From a virus: a DNA stretch of 64,000 bases. The position numbers and the translations under genes were made by a program. Positions 8,715 through 17,368 of this stretch are shown in pieces. The notes under the pieces were generated by a model, which searched no databases, was not told the origin of the DNA, and worked only from the letters and a program-made list of their open reading frames with translations. The first letter of the stretch is position 1; each line of letters begins with the position of its first letter. The DNA lies in IMG/VR virus record IMGVR_UViG_3300009702_000017, positions 36,315 through 100,314 of that record. One strand, given 5' to 3'.

Positions 8715-9593
8715 TTACTGAAGAAGGTGCTTGATGTCATCAAGGTTTGCCCTGTTGTACATATAGGCGGTGACGAGCCGTCTATCTTCCTTCTTCATAT
8801 CTGGGCTCCGAACGGCCTTGTTCAGCCGCTCAGTGACCTCGGACTTTGAGAGCTTGGTAACGTCCACTTCGGACTTGTCTAGCTTCTCCTCAGTCCCCGG
8901 CTTTGCGACGTGACTGATGTGAGTGATTGCCTTGCGGAGCGGCCTGTTGGTCATCAGATGGATCACCTTCTCTACATTCGAGAGACGGCCATTTGACTTG
9001 CTCAACTGCTCCTGGAGGGCCTTGATCTCTGCGTCCTTCGCAGCGATAGCTGCCCTGTCACTCTTGAGCGTTGGAGTTGCCTCGGGAGGAGGGCCACCGG
9101 GACCAGCTGGACCACTAGCTGGAGGAGATGGTGGAGCACCCTCTGGACCAGAAGCACCGCCCTGGGCGCCCCCAAGAACGGCCATGAGAGCCTGCTTGGT
9201 AGCGAGGTAGTGAAGCTCTAGCTCCTGTGGGGGAAGCTGCGCATATTCATTGACAAGAGCCTCCATGTCAGGGGGTCCGCCTTCTGCGCCTTCCTCACCA
9301 GGAATTCCTTCTGGAGATCCCTCGGGAGATCTTTCTGCGTCAGCGCTTTCCTCACCAGCCTCAGGCGGGATTGGATTTTCTGCATCTACATCATCCGCAC
9401 CCTCAACTCCAGGGGAGCCGCTATTGGTAGGGACGGGGGCGGGGACCTCTTCGTCGCCGTCAGGCTCTTCGCCAGGAATTTCATCCTTACGGAGAGGCTG
9501 CGCGTTCGCATCTGCGCCTACGCTCTTGTGGAACACCTCTAGCACGTCCCCAAGAACTTGATCGATTTCCTCATTTGAAATTCGAAGTGTCAT
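8715..9593 (-). CDS. putative scaffolding protein
   Basis: Acidic, Pro/Gly-rich with coiled coil; immediately upstream of the MCP; several LxK[S/A] motifs. Confidence 0.6.
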   Translation of the reverse strand: MTLRISNEEIDQVLGDVLEVFHKSVGADANAQPLRKDEIPGEEPDGDEEVPAPVPTNSGSPGVEGADDVDAENPIPPEAGEESADAERSPEGSPEGIPGEEGAEGGPPDMEALVNEYAQLPPQELELHYLATKQALMAVLGGAQGGASGPEGAPPSPPASGPAGPGGPPPEATPTLKSDRAAIAAKDAEIKALQEQLSKSNGRLSNVEKVIHLMTNRPLRKAITHISHVAKPGTEEKLDKSEVDVTKLSKSEVTERLNKAVRSPDMKKEDRRLVTAYMYNRANLDDIKHLLQ

Positions 9594-9642
9594 TTGTTCT
9601 TCTCTCGTTTGGGTTAGTAGTTAGCTACGTGCGTGCTAGCTA

Positions 9643-10098
9643 TTAGGAAGCAGAGGTCATTGGATACTGGATCTCGCTATCGAAGGTTGCCTGGAGGTTT
9701 GCGGCCACCAAAGTCGCTGCCGTAGGAGCAGTTCCGTTTGCGCTGTTGAAGATTTCGACAGTGGCGTTGTGCCATACAGCTTCACCGATGAGAGCCATCA
9801 GGGTGGCCCAATCGTTGATGTCGGCACCCGCACCGGCAGGGTTTGCCTCAAGGCCGATCTGAATCACCGATGGAACATAGGTGGGTGCGGTCAAACCAAG
9901 AGAGTCCTTGGCGAGAGGCCAATCAACGGGACGAACCTTGATAAAGCCCCCTGCTGATCCAGCGGTGCCAGCCCCTACTTGGATAGTAGGGGACTCGTCG
10001 GTATCAAAGCCTTCGGTAATGGTAAGTGCCGGAAGACGAAGCTTCAGGTTGCTTGCGATCTGGTGAGCTAGCTCAATTGCCTTGTAAGAAGTTGCCAT
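9643..10098 (-). CDS. putative head structural protein
   Basis: Ala/Thr-rich 151 aa with GGAG RBS inside the head operon. Confidence 0.55.
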   Translation of the reverse strand: MATSYKAIELAHQIASNLKLRLPALTITEGFDTDESPTIQVGAGTAGSAGGFIKVRPVDWPLAKDSLGLTAPTYVPSVIQIGLEANPAGAGADINDWATLMALIGEAVWHNATVEIFNSANGTAPTAATLVAANLQATFDSEIQYPMTSAS

Positions 10099-10204
10099 TC
10101 TTTACTCCTGCGAGTTGTTTTGTGGGGAGTACCGTTCCGTACACCTATAGAATTGCTTTTGAGCATGAGGCAAATTCTGTGCAAAGCGTAGCAATCTAGC
10201 TGAT

Positions 10205-10570
10205 ATGCGATGCTCCTCATGCAAAGTCGACCTTCCAGACAACCAATTTCATCAAGCTGGAAGGAGATACAACAAAGAGCATCGTGAGTATCGCTGCAAA
10301 TTCTGTAGGTCAGAACAGCGATATGAAAAGCTGTACCCGGATACCGTCTGTATCCTGTGCGGAAAACACCGGAAGCTCGAAAACAACCTTGCGTGTCACA
10401 GGTGCAATCGAGACAGCGGACTGAGGCAATGTGGTGTCTGTGGAGAAATCCAGCTTACTGAGCTAGAGTTCTATGGACGCCATAGCACCTGCAAGACATG
10501 CCTTAAGCATTCACAGTCGAAAAGGGGTTCTGTCCAGTCTGTACCGGCTTCGGAGACTCAGGTGGCCTAA
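10205..10570 (+). CDS. Cys-rich multi-zinc-finger protein
   Basis: Six CxxC pairs; CAATCTA-N6-ATG upstream; converges on the GGDEF gene. Confidence 0.65.
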   Translation: MRCSSCKVDLPDNQFHQAGRRYNKEHREYRCKFCRSEQRYEKLYPDTVCILCGKHRKLENNLACHRCNRDSGLRQCGVCGEIQLTELEFYGRHSTCKTCLKHSQSKRGSVQSVPASETQVA

Positions 10571-11801
10571 TCGGTGGCTTATCCAGAGGCTCAAATGGAA
10601 TGACTCCTTCTCTGCCAGGAACAGCAGAATGAGCATATAGCGCATGGGGCGCTCTAATCGATCCGACTCGTGCTTCTGGGTCACCACCTAGCGCCGCTAC
10701 AGCCGATTTCTTCTGAACCTTCGCGCCACTGTTCAGGGCAAAGTCGGCTTGCTGGGGGGTCTCGCCAAGGCCAGCCGAGATAGATAGCTTGTGCGTACCG
10801 CCAACAGCAGGAACCCCTTCAAGCTCTGTGCACAAATGACAGAGGAACCGACTAGCGTGCTCATACTGGGGAAAGTGAGCACTGAACTCGTCTCCACCAA
10901 ACCGATGAAGCTTCCCCTGTGGATCCTGACCTTCATAGGTTCTCGTCATGGCTCGCTGCATGGCGTCTCCCATCGTACGAATAGCATTGTCGCCCTGCTC
11001 ATGTCCAAGCTCATCGTTGATGCTCTTGAAGTCATTGGCATCCATCATCACATGAACACCCTGCCGTGCAGGCTGTGTTTCCAAAAAGTCGCGATAAGCT
11101 CTCTTGTTGCCAATCCCCGGAACCATCTCGTCTTCAAACAGTTCCTTGCGAATGGTGTCATAGTCTTCTGGATCAAGATGCCCTGCATCAACAAGCGAGC
11201 GAAGCTTATCCATCGAGCCGGTAACTGGAGACTCGGCCTTGATCAACTCGTAGAATGCGTTCTTAGTCTTCTTCACGGACTTCTCCAAAGTCTTTGTGTA
11301 ACGCAGAGTAGCAAGTCCCTGCTCTACATTCTGTACGATTCGCTCGATTTCCTGCAATGCAAGCGGAGCACCATCCAAATGCGCAGTTCCTTCGATATAC
11401 TCAAGCAAACGCGGACGTTCCATTCCTACCCTCTGATACAGGAATGAGTTCGGTCTGTCTGCAATGGCTTGTGCTGGCTCATCTGGTTTCACGTCCAGAG
11501 AACCGTTATCGTCGCCACCATCTTCTGCCTCAAATGGCTTCAATAGCTCTGGATACAACCCTTTCCTGACATCTCCCTTCGAGACGATTTGGAAGTAGGG
11601 GTGCTTCTTCATGCGCTGCAAGAAATCTAATGTTCCCTGATGACACACCCCTTCTGGCAAGTCGCTCAAATGCTCGAAGTAATCCGATAGCACATGTAAA
11701 CCATCGTCTAGAATGGCAAACTTCCCTGAGTGCTGTCGATGTACACCACTAGAATGAGGACGAATGACGTACACGTTGTAGATGTGATCGTAGTCTAGCA
11801 T
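10503..11801 (-). CDS. head-cluster protein with a C-terminal GGDEF diguanylate cyclase domain
   Basis: D..PGIGNKRAY, MMDANDFKSINDELGHEQGD, RFGGDEF (10884-10898), SISAG...ADFAL...K. Confidence 0.9.
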   Translation of the reverse strand: MLDYDHIYNVYVIRPHSSGVHRQHSGKFAILDDGLHVLSDYFEHLSDLPEGVCHQGTLDFLQRMKKHPYFQIVSKGDVRKGLYPELLKPFEAEDGGDDNGSLDVKPDEPAQAIADRPNSFLYQRVGMERPRLLEYIEGTAHLDGAPLALQEIERIVQNVEQGLATLRYTKTLEKSVKKTKNAFYELIKAESPVTGSMDKLRSLVDAGHLDPEDYDTIRKELFEDEMVPGIGNKRAYRDFLETQPARQGVHVMMDANDFKSINDELGHEQGDNAIRTMGDAMQRAMTRTYEGQDPQGKLHRFGGDEFSAHFPQYEHASRFLCHLCTELEGVPAVGGTHKLSISAGLGETPQQADFALNSGAKVQKKSAVAALGGDPEARVGSIRAPHALYAHSAVPGREGVIPFEPLDKPPIRPPESPKPVQTGQNPFSTVNA

Positions 11802-11813
11802 TATTCCTTACCC

Positions 11814-14417
11814 TTATACCGACCCGGGTGGTTGCCAAGCATCTGGGTTTCGAGTTATCTGGTTAAACGAAGCCTTTGGATTCTGCTCATGACGAAGTTG
11901 CATCCTCTGAAGCCTCTGCCCAGCAAGAGTTCCCGCTCTTTCAAGCCGATACTTGTCCGCCAACCTCCTTACCTCGTTGGGGTCAAGGCCCCTTAGCCAA
12001 TCAGCAGCGTTTTTATGGAGCGGTTTTGTCAGATCCAAATCGTCATTGTAATCTAGATACTCCATATCCCTGCGCCGCTCATTAGCCATTGTATTTCCAT
12101 GATCAATTAGATACATGTTATCGCGATTTGGCCCACCGAAGAGAAAATTCCCCCTATGTCTATCTTCATTATTAAGAACAGTATCAAAAAGACCAAACCT
12201 GTGAAGCGTACCATTGTCCTTCATCCGCTGCAAAATGTCTCGGGTTGTACTTGTCTTAGTATATCCGGATTCCGCATTCTCCACACCCTCTTGTACAGAC
12301 ATCTCTCGCTCTCTATTCCTTGGATCGAGTATGTGCGCAGTCACAGGAACATGATCCCCAAGGCCAAAACTCTTAGCTAACTCATACGCAAAAGCCTCTT
12401 TTCTTGACATAGGATCACCATGTAGGCTAGACTTGACAAGGACAGGCTTCCCATGGGCACCAAGACGCCAATGTGTGCTATACGCACCGGAGTCCGCCAA
12501 ACGAATCAAAGGCGCCTCCGATAAATCAAGCCCATGAATCAAGGCGCGCTGTTCTTCGCTCTGCGGTGTAATGATATGCTTGTCGGCGTCCACTACAGTT
12601 GGAGCGCCATATTTCATTGGCAACCGATGGAGGGTATAGGACGAACCCTCTCCCAAACTCATACGTTTCGGTTCGCCACCTTCTTCGCCAATCTTGTGGC
12701 CGTAGGCTAACCCTAGTTGTCCCTTGACGCCGCTTCCTGTGAATTCGTAAACCTTGTACCCATTGCCATCATTACCAGTTGCGTATCCCGGCTTTATGGT
12801 TTGCCCTTTCCATTCCACAGGTTCCATCTCTGGAATCTCAACCGAATTCTCCGACATGGCCTTGGCAAGCCTAGCAGCCTCAATAGCAATTCTGTGCTTT
12901 CGTAGATCCCTTTCAAGCTGTGTCCTAGGCTCAGACTTCTCTGTTGGCTCTTCTAGATCCTGTTGCTGAACGCCCAAGATTCCATGAATGGCTTGACGTA
13001 TCCTCTGATGCCTATACAAATCGTCTTCATTGTCAATATGTGGCTCGAAAAATACCTCAGGAACAAAGCTGCTTGAAATAGAATTAGGCCCATCTTCATT
13101 AGACCACACTCTGGCGGCCTTGGTAGGCTTTAGGACAAAGCCACCTCGTTCCAATGCACGCAATACGTTCGGACGGAAGTATTGCTTTAGATGTTCTGGC
13201 TTACGAAACCCAAACAATATAGGATTGGGGTGTTGTCCCGAAAACCCGTGATGAAACATATGGTAATCGGAAGGATCAAAGGTTTTTTCGGGCCCAGGTT
13301 GATCGGTGATCCTAAGATCTGCCCTTTCAACCGGATCGTCGGAATCACTGTATCGTCGAATAGCCTCGAACCCAGCACCTTGGAATGGCCCTTCTCCATC
13401 ATCGTTCTCAAACCGATATACTGTCATCGGATTCTTGGGATCATTGTGGATGAGCGCCATCTTGGCTAGCTTCACCTCGGCCTTCTTCAGTCCAAATACC
13501 GAAACAAGCTTGGCGAACTTCTCTAACGTCGCGTCCTTGTCCTCTGACTCTGCCAATACACCACCGAGACGATTGGCCAGGAACTTCTTCAGATCGCCCT
13601 TATTGGGATCGTAGTCACGCGCCGCCGCCTTCGCTTGACTAAGTAGCCACAACTTCTTGAGACGAGCAGACCGATCCTCACGCTGAAGAGCAGCACCTCC
13701 TACCAACCCACCGGGAGCAGCACTAGGGACACTGGCAGCAAGTGCCTTACCAAGCTTTCCCTCTGTCACAACAGGATTCGAGTACATCGTTACTTGTCCG
13801 GCGAGATGACGGTAGTTGGGGTGTTGTAGCTCGCTCTTGTTGATGTTCTCTAGGATGTCCTCCTTCGCCTTCCGAGGCTTGCTGTCGTCTACCTTGGGAT
13901 CGTACACCAAGCCACTGATGGCAGTCTTGTTACAAGGCTTGACAGTGATGGCGACTTGACGCATAATGGTACGCTTAAGACGATTTCCCTTGCGCTCAAG
14001 GGTTCCACCCTGGATACTATACCTCACAAGCAACGGCTCGTTGTGCTCAATCTGGTCACGCACGATAGCCGCCAGTGAAACAGCATTGAGATGACCGGAT
14101 CCATCAAACAGACGCACCATCCCATACAGAAACGGGACCTTGATCTCATCCCAGTAGTGCCTCTGCCGATCGGTTTCGCAATCGCCCTTCTTGAAAATTT
14201 TCTTGACGTAGATGATCTTACCTACGAAATCGTTCGAAGAAGCTCCGTTTGCCTCTTCGTCACGATGCTCCCAGTTAGCGAGCGCCTTTCCTTCCTCGCC
14301 ATCGCTGATATCTACGCCCTTAATCTCCAGGATTTCACCAGACGAATCAATGGCCTCTGTACCAAAGGCACCATCAATAACCATCCCCTTGGACCTACTG
14401 GTGTCTGGCAGCTGCAT
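11814..14417 (-). CDS. prohead protease fused to an unknown domain and a C-terminal PI3/4K/HipA-like kinase
   Basis: N-terminal DSSGE...NWEH...VGKI...YSIQG protease pattern; C-terminal VLVK...EAFAYELA...DRHRGNFL...LIDHG; start reassigned to ATG 14417. Confidence 0.8.
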   Translation of the reverse strand: MQLPDTSRSKGMVIDGAFGTEAIDSSGEILEIKGVDISDGEEGKALANWEHRDEEANGASSNDFVGKIIYVKKIFKKGDCETDRQRHYWDEIKVPFLYGMVRLFDGSGHLNAVSLAAIVRDQIEHNEPLLVRYSIQGGTLERKGNRLKRTIMRQVAITVKPCNKTAISGLVYDPKVDDSKPRKAKEDILENINKSELQHPNYRHLAGQVTMYSNPVVTEGKLGKALAASVPSAAPGGLVGGAALQREDRSARLKKLWLLSQAKAAARDYDPNKGDLKKFLANRLGGVLAESEDKDATLEKFAKLVSVFGLKKAEVKLAKMALIHNDPKNPMTVYRFENDDGEGPFQGAGFEAIRRYSDSDDPVERADLRITDQPGPEKTFDPSDYHMFHHGFSGQHPNPILFGFRKPEHLKQYFRPNVLRALERGGFVLKPTKAARVWSNEDGPNSISSSFVPEVFFEPHIDNEDDLYRHQRIRQAIHGILGVQQQDLEEPTEKSEPRTQLERDLRKHRIAIEAARLAKAMSENSVEIPEMEPVEWKGQTIKPGYATGNDGNGYKVYEFTGSGVKGQLGLAYGHKIGEEGGEPKRMSLGEGSSYTLHRLPMKYGAPTVVDADKHIITPQSEEQRALIHGLDLSEAPLIRLADSGAYSTHWRLGAHGKPVLVKSSLHGDPMSRKEAFAYELAKSFGLGDHVPVTAHILDPRNREREMSVQEGVENAESGYTKTSTTRDILQRMKDNGTLHRFGLFDTVLNNEDRHRGNFLFGGPNRDNMYLIDHGNTMANERRRDMEYLDYNDDLDLTKPLHKNAADWLRGLDPNEVRRLADKYRLERAGTLAGQRLQRMQLRHEQNPKASFNQITRNPDAWQPPGSV

Positions 14418-14423
14418 ACCTAA

Positions 14424-14430
14424 TAGATTG
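14424..14430 (-). promoter_or_regulatory. candidate late promoter CAATCTA-N6-ATG
   Basis: Same spacing to ATG as at 10192 and 16040. Confidence 0.45.
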
Positions 14431-14494
14431 TGGGGGAGCAAAAAAGGGGGATCCGTCTCTCCGAATGCGCATCGCAGAAATACCAAAGTAGTGC

Positions 14495-14523
14495 TTGACA
14501 TCTAGAGCGGCTAGCGGTATAAC
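14495..14523 (+). promoter_or_regulatory. sigma70-type early promoter
   Basis: TTGACA-17-TATAAC, then AAAGGAG RBS. Confidence 0.85.
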
Positions 14524-14543
14524 CATCATCGAAAGGAGATCCC

Positions 14544-15278
14544 ATGCCCCGCCTGAAGAAAGAGGTTGTCCTCGCCCGAGAGAAGTTCGTTCGAGATTTC
14601 TTCAAGAACCACCCTGCCGCCAAAGTTGACGACGCCCAGAAGGCCATCCAGGATAGTACGGGGATGCGTATGGCGCCTCCACGGTTGAAGGAGCTTTACG
14701 GGGAAACGCGCGGCACCGGAACCACTTCGATCACCCCCGCCGCAAGTCCTGTCACGGATGACGCCAAGATCGATAGTGCCTACACTCCCCCGTCTGATGA
14801 CGAGGATGACGCCATGTCCTCCATCCCCCTGGCACCCGACGGATACGTTCCCCAGACGCCGATCTCCGATGAGCAGAAGAAGACCATGTACTCAGAGCTT
14901 TGCGACCGCATGAACGACATGATGGACCACTACAATGCGGATAACATCCCCGATCGCGTCAAGTTCTACGCCAACCGAATTTACGCCGCACCCGATCTCC
15001 AGATCGCCAAGGAGGTGCGACACAAGACTCTCCAGAAGCTCCAGATCCACTTCCTGGCCATGTGGTCCAAGCACCGGATCCTTGGTCCCGACAGCCTCCA
15101 GGGGTGCCTGAAGCGCTCCAAGGAAGCGGACAACCTTGCGAACTTCCTGGAGTCCAAGAACGATCTCCAGGGGGCCCGGCGGGAGCGCCAGCGGGCAGCA
15201 AGGATGCGCGCCAAGGCTACCGAACTTCGGGCACTCCAGGTCGAGGGAGTCTCGGACGAAGCCGCACAAAGCACTTGA
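14544..15278 (+). CDS. hypothetical early protein
   Basis: 244 aa; promoter and RBS upstream; G/C-ending codons. Confidence 0.8.
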   Translation: MPRLKKEVVLAREKFVRDFFKNHPAAKVDDAQKAIQDSTGMRMAPPRLKELYGETRGTGTTSITPAASPVTDDAKIDSAYTPPSDDEDDAMSSIPLAPDGYVPQTPISDEQKKTMYSELCDRMNDMMDHYNADNIPDRVKFYANRIYAAPDLQIAKEVRHKTLQKLQIHFLAMWSKHRILGPDSLQGCLKRSKEADNLANFLESKNDLQGARRERQRAARMRAKATELRALQVEGVSDEAAQST

Positions 15279-15303
15279 CTTTATCATTTCCAGGTAGTAT
15301 TGT
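15275..15303 (+). promoter_or_regulatory. sigma70-type early promoter
   Basis: TTGACT-17-TATTGT. Confidence 0.7.
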
Positions 15304-15323
15304 AGTTGCACAAGGAGAAACAC

Positions 15324-15707
15324 ATGGCGCTCTCAAAGAGGATGAGACTTCCCAAGACCCTGGAATATCTGGACCTGGAGTCCATCCGCACCGCCCGGGA
15401 AGAGGTCGTGGTTCTGGAGGCGAAGTTGACGGAGAAGAAGAAGGCGCTCCGAGAGATGGAGGGGACGGCAATCGCCATCCTGGAGCATGGAGGCTACTGC
15501 CGGGGACCTCTCACGGCGACCCTGGATACCGTCACTAAGGCTGGCAAGCGTAGCCCCAAATGGAAGGGTCTCTACGCGACACACCTCCAGACCATTCACG
15601 ATCTCACCGAAGAGCAGGTGAAGGAACGATTCCAGGGGATCGTGGACAGCATGGAACCGAACGTCACCAAGTCCACCAACCTCGTCATTTCAGAAAAGGA
15701 GGGGTAA
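15324..15707 (+). CDS. hypothetical early protein
   Basis: AAGGAG RBS, ATG 15324 (MALSKRMRL...). Confidence 0.75.
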   Translation: MALSKRMRLPKTLEYLDLESIRTAREEVVVLEAKLTEKKKALREMEGTAIAILEHGGYCRGPLTATLDTVTKAGKRSPKWKGLYATHLQTIHDLTEEQVKERFQGIVDSMEPNVTKSTNLVISEKEG

Positions 15708-15760
15708 TATGTCATCGACGGTTACAGCAAAGCCAACTACAATGCCGTGACGGACACAGA

Positions 15761-15934
15761 ATGGAGGAATTGGATCGCCTCGTTGACGAGAAGCTGATGG
15801 AAGCCGAAAACGAGGCCGATCGCGAGCTTTCAAGGCAGATGCGCGACTACGGGTATGAAGAGTGGCCGCCTACCCAATCGGAAGATGGGTGGATCCTCCT
15901 GAAGGAGAGCCCCTACCAAGGAAGACGCATCTGA
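15761..15934 (+). CDS. small acidic hypothetical protein
   Basis: MEELDRLVDEKLMEAENE...; start uncertain. Confidence 0.45.
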   Translation: MEELDRLVDEKLMEAENEADRELSRQMRDYGYEEWPPTQSEDGWILLKESPYQGRRI

Positions 15935-16002
15935 CAAGGGATTTGTGACGTGGAGGCGAAGTGCCCTCTGGGATTGTCTGGGAATGTGGAACAAAATCAC
16001 AA

Positions 16003-16031
16003 TAGACGCCGACGCCTGGAAGCCCTATAAC
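16003..16031 (+). promoter_or_regulatory. sigma70-type promoter
   Basis: TAGACG-17-TATAAC. Confidence 0.6.
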
Positions 16032-16052
16032 CCAAACAGCAATCTATAGACA

Positions 16053-16325
16053 ATGGAAAATTCAACCTACAAGATCATGGCTTGGCTCCCGTCAAGCGGA
16101 AATGTTGCCCTAGTGGCCCCTAATGGATCGGTCGGATGGGCGGGTCCCTCAACCGAATATCACTTCCAACCGATGTTCCCACAGTTCATCGAGTCCGCAG
16201 TCCAAAAGCACTGGTACGTTCGCCTCAAGACTCCTTTGGAGGTTACTCTAGAGGATCTCCCTAGTGTGGTGGAACATATGGAGCGTGGATTCGAGGCCAA
16301 CAGCGGACAAGGCCAAGGCGAATAG
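16053..16325 (+). CDS. hypothetical protein
   Basis: 90-aa ORF behind a promoter. Confidence 0.65.
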   Translation: MENSTYKIMAWLPSSGNVALVAPNGSVGWAGPSTEYHFQPMFPQFIESAVQKHWYVRLKTPLEVTLEDLPSVVEHMERGFEANSGQGQGE

Positions 16326-16328
16326 TTC

Positions 16329-16357
16329 TTGACGCCCAGTGTCCAATGTGCTAACTT
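16329..16357 (+). promoter_or_regulatory. sigma70-type promoter with extended -10
   Basis: TTGACG-17-TAACTT preceded by TG; AGGAGG RBS follows. Confidence 0.65.
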
Positions 16358-16378
16358 GTGATCACAAAGGAGGAAGTA

Positions 16379-16687
16379 ATGCACGAGTTCAATATCGATG
16401 CCCATCTCGACTATCAGCTGTACCAGCACCTCTCCGCCGAAGAGGAGTCTGATCGTCTCTACGAGGAAGCATGGGGAAACGCCATCCCATGTCCGGTTCA
16501 CGGCAAAGACCTTCTGGACGAGCGGCTGAATCCAATCACCTACATGCCGGAAATCTACTGCACTGGTATCAATGGCTGCCCCAACTGCGGCGGCTCCGGC
16601 CCCTGCGACGAGGGTTCCGATAATGTCGCTCTCGATCGCTGCCCCGGCTGCGGGGCGGCGCTGGTGAATGGGCAGGTCAAGGACTGA
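16379..16687 (+). CDS. Cys-rich hypothetical protein
   Basis: AGGAGG RBS; CPVH, CPNC and CPGC motifs. Confidence 0.7.
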   Translation: MHEFNIDAHLDYQLYQHLSAEEESDRLYEEAWGNAIPCPVHGKDLLDERLNPITYMPEIYCTGINGCPNCGGSGPCDEGSDNVALDRCPGCGAALVNGQVKD

Positions 16688-16911
16688 TGTCCCTCACTAC
16701 CTGCCCCATTTGCCGTACCTCCTACGACCTTGAAGGATTCCGGGCCCTTGAGTTCGTGGAGTACAAGCAAGTCCGGGGCACCTACAAGCGCATGGAGATT
16801 CGACGCTGCAAGTGTCACAAGGGCGTCAGAATCCTCTGGGTGGACAGCTGGTTAGAACCGTGTCCACCACCCTCCATCGACCCTCCAGTAGCACAAATGA
16901 GGCTCCTATGA
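16687..16911 (+). CDS. small Zn-ribbon protein
   Basis: CPIC...CKC; TGATG coupling. Confidence 0.6.
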   Translation: MSLTTCPICRTSYDLEGFRALEFVEYKQVRGTYKRMEIRRCKCHKGVRILWVDSWLEPCPPPSIDPPVAQMRLL

Positions 16912-17273
16912 CAACAAGAGAAGAATTCCAGCAGGCAATCGAAGAGGAAGATCGGATTCGAAAGTCAATGCACCCGATCGAGCTTCAGATCGACCAGGAA
17001 CTCCAAGCCGAAACGATGGAGACATTCAAGGGATTCTTCCCAAAGTCCAAGATTACCGATTGGGTAAAGGCACAGAAGAAGATTCCCGCCGATGTCCTGG
17101 TAGAAATGTTAGGGCGCTACCACGAAAAAGCGCGTACAGCCGGAGATAAGTGGATGGCTGATCGAAAAACGGCGAAGGAGCGCGTTCACACACTCGCCAA
17201 GGATCTTCGCCCCATCCCCGGAAGAGAAAGGTTCAAGTGGAAGTCTCGCTACGAATCCGAGTACCATACTTAG
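16908..17273 (+). CDS. hypothetical protein (frame stays open past TAG to 17372)
   Basis: GAGG RBS; MTTREEFQQAIEEEDR... Confidence 0.65.
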   Translation: MTTREEFQQAIEEEDRIRKSMHPIELQIDQELQAETMETFKGFFPKSKITDWVKAQKKIPADVLVEMLGRYHEKARTAGDKWMADRKTAKERVHTLAKDLRPIPGRERFKWKSRYESEYHT

Positions 17274-17368
17274 GGCTTCGGGGCACACCACTACGCCCAA
17301 AACACAGCGGAGATGTTCGCTGACGTAGCTAAATTCTACGACATCCCGGTTAATGACCTACCTACTAC

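Noticed and set aside
10791-11447. 218-aa plus-strand ORF and similar antisense ORFs (for example 57039..57602, 7343..7816)
   Set aside because: Shadows of well-supported genes on the opposite strand.
15708-15760. Possible extra frameshift after ATG 15709 in the island
   Set aside because: No repaired frame looked more protein-like than the alternatives; left as an uncertain start.
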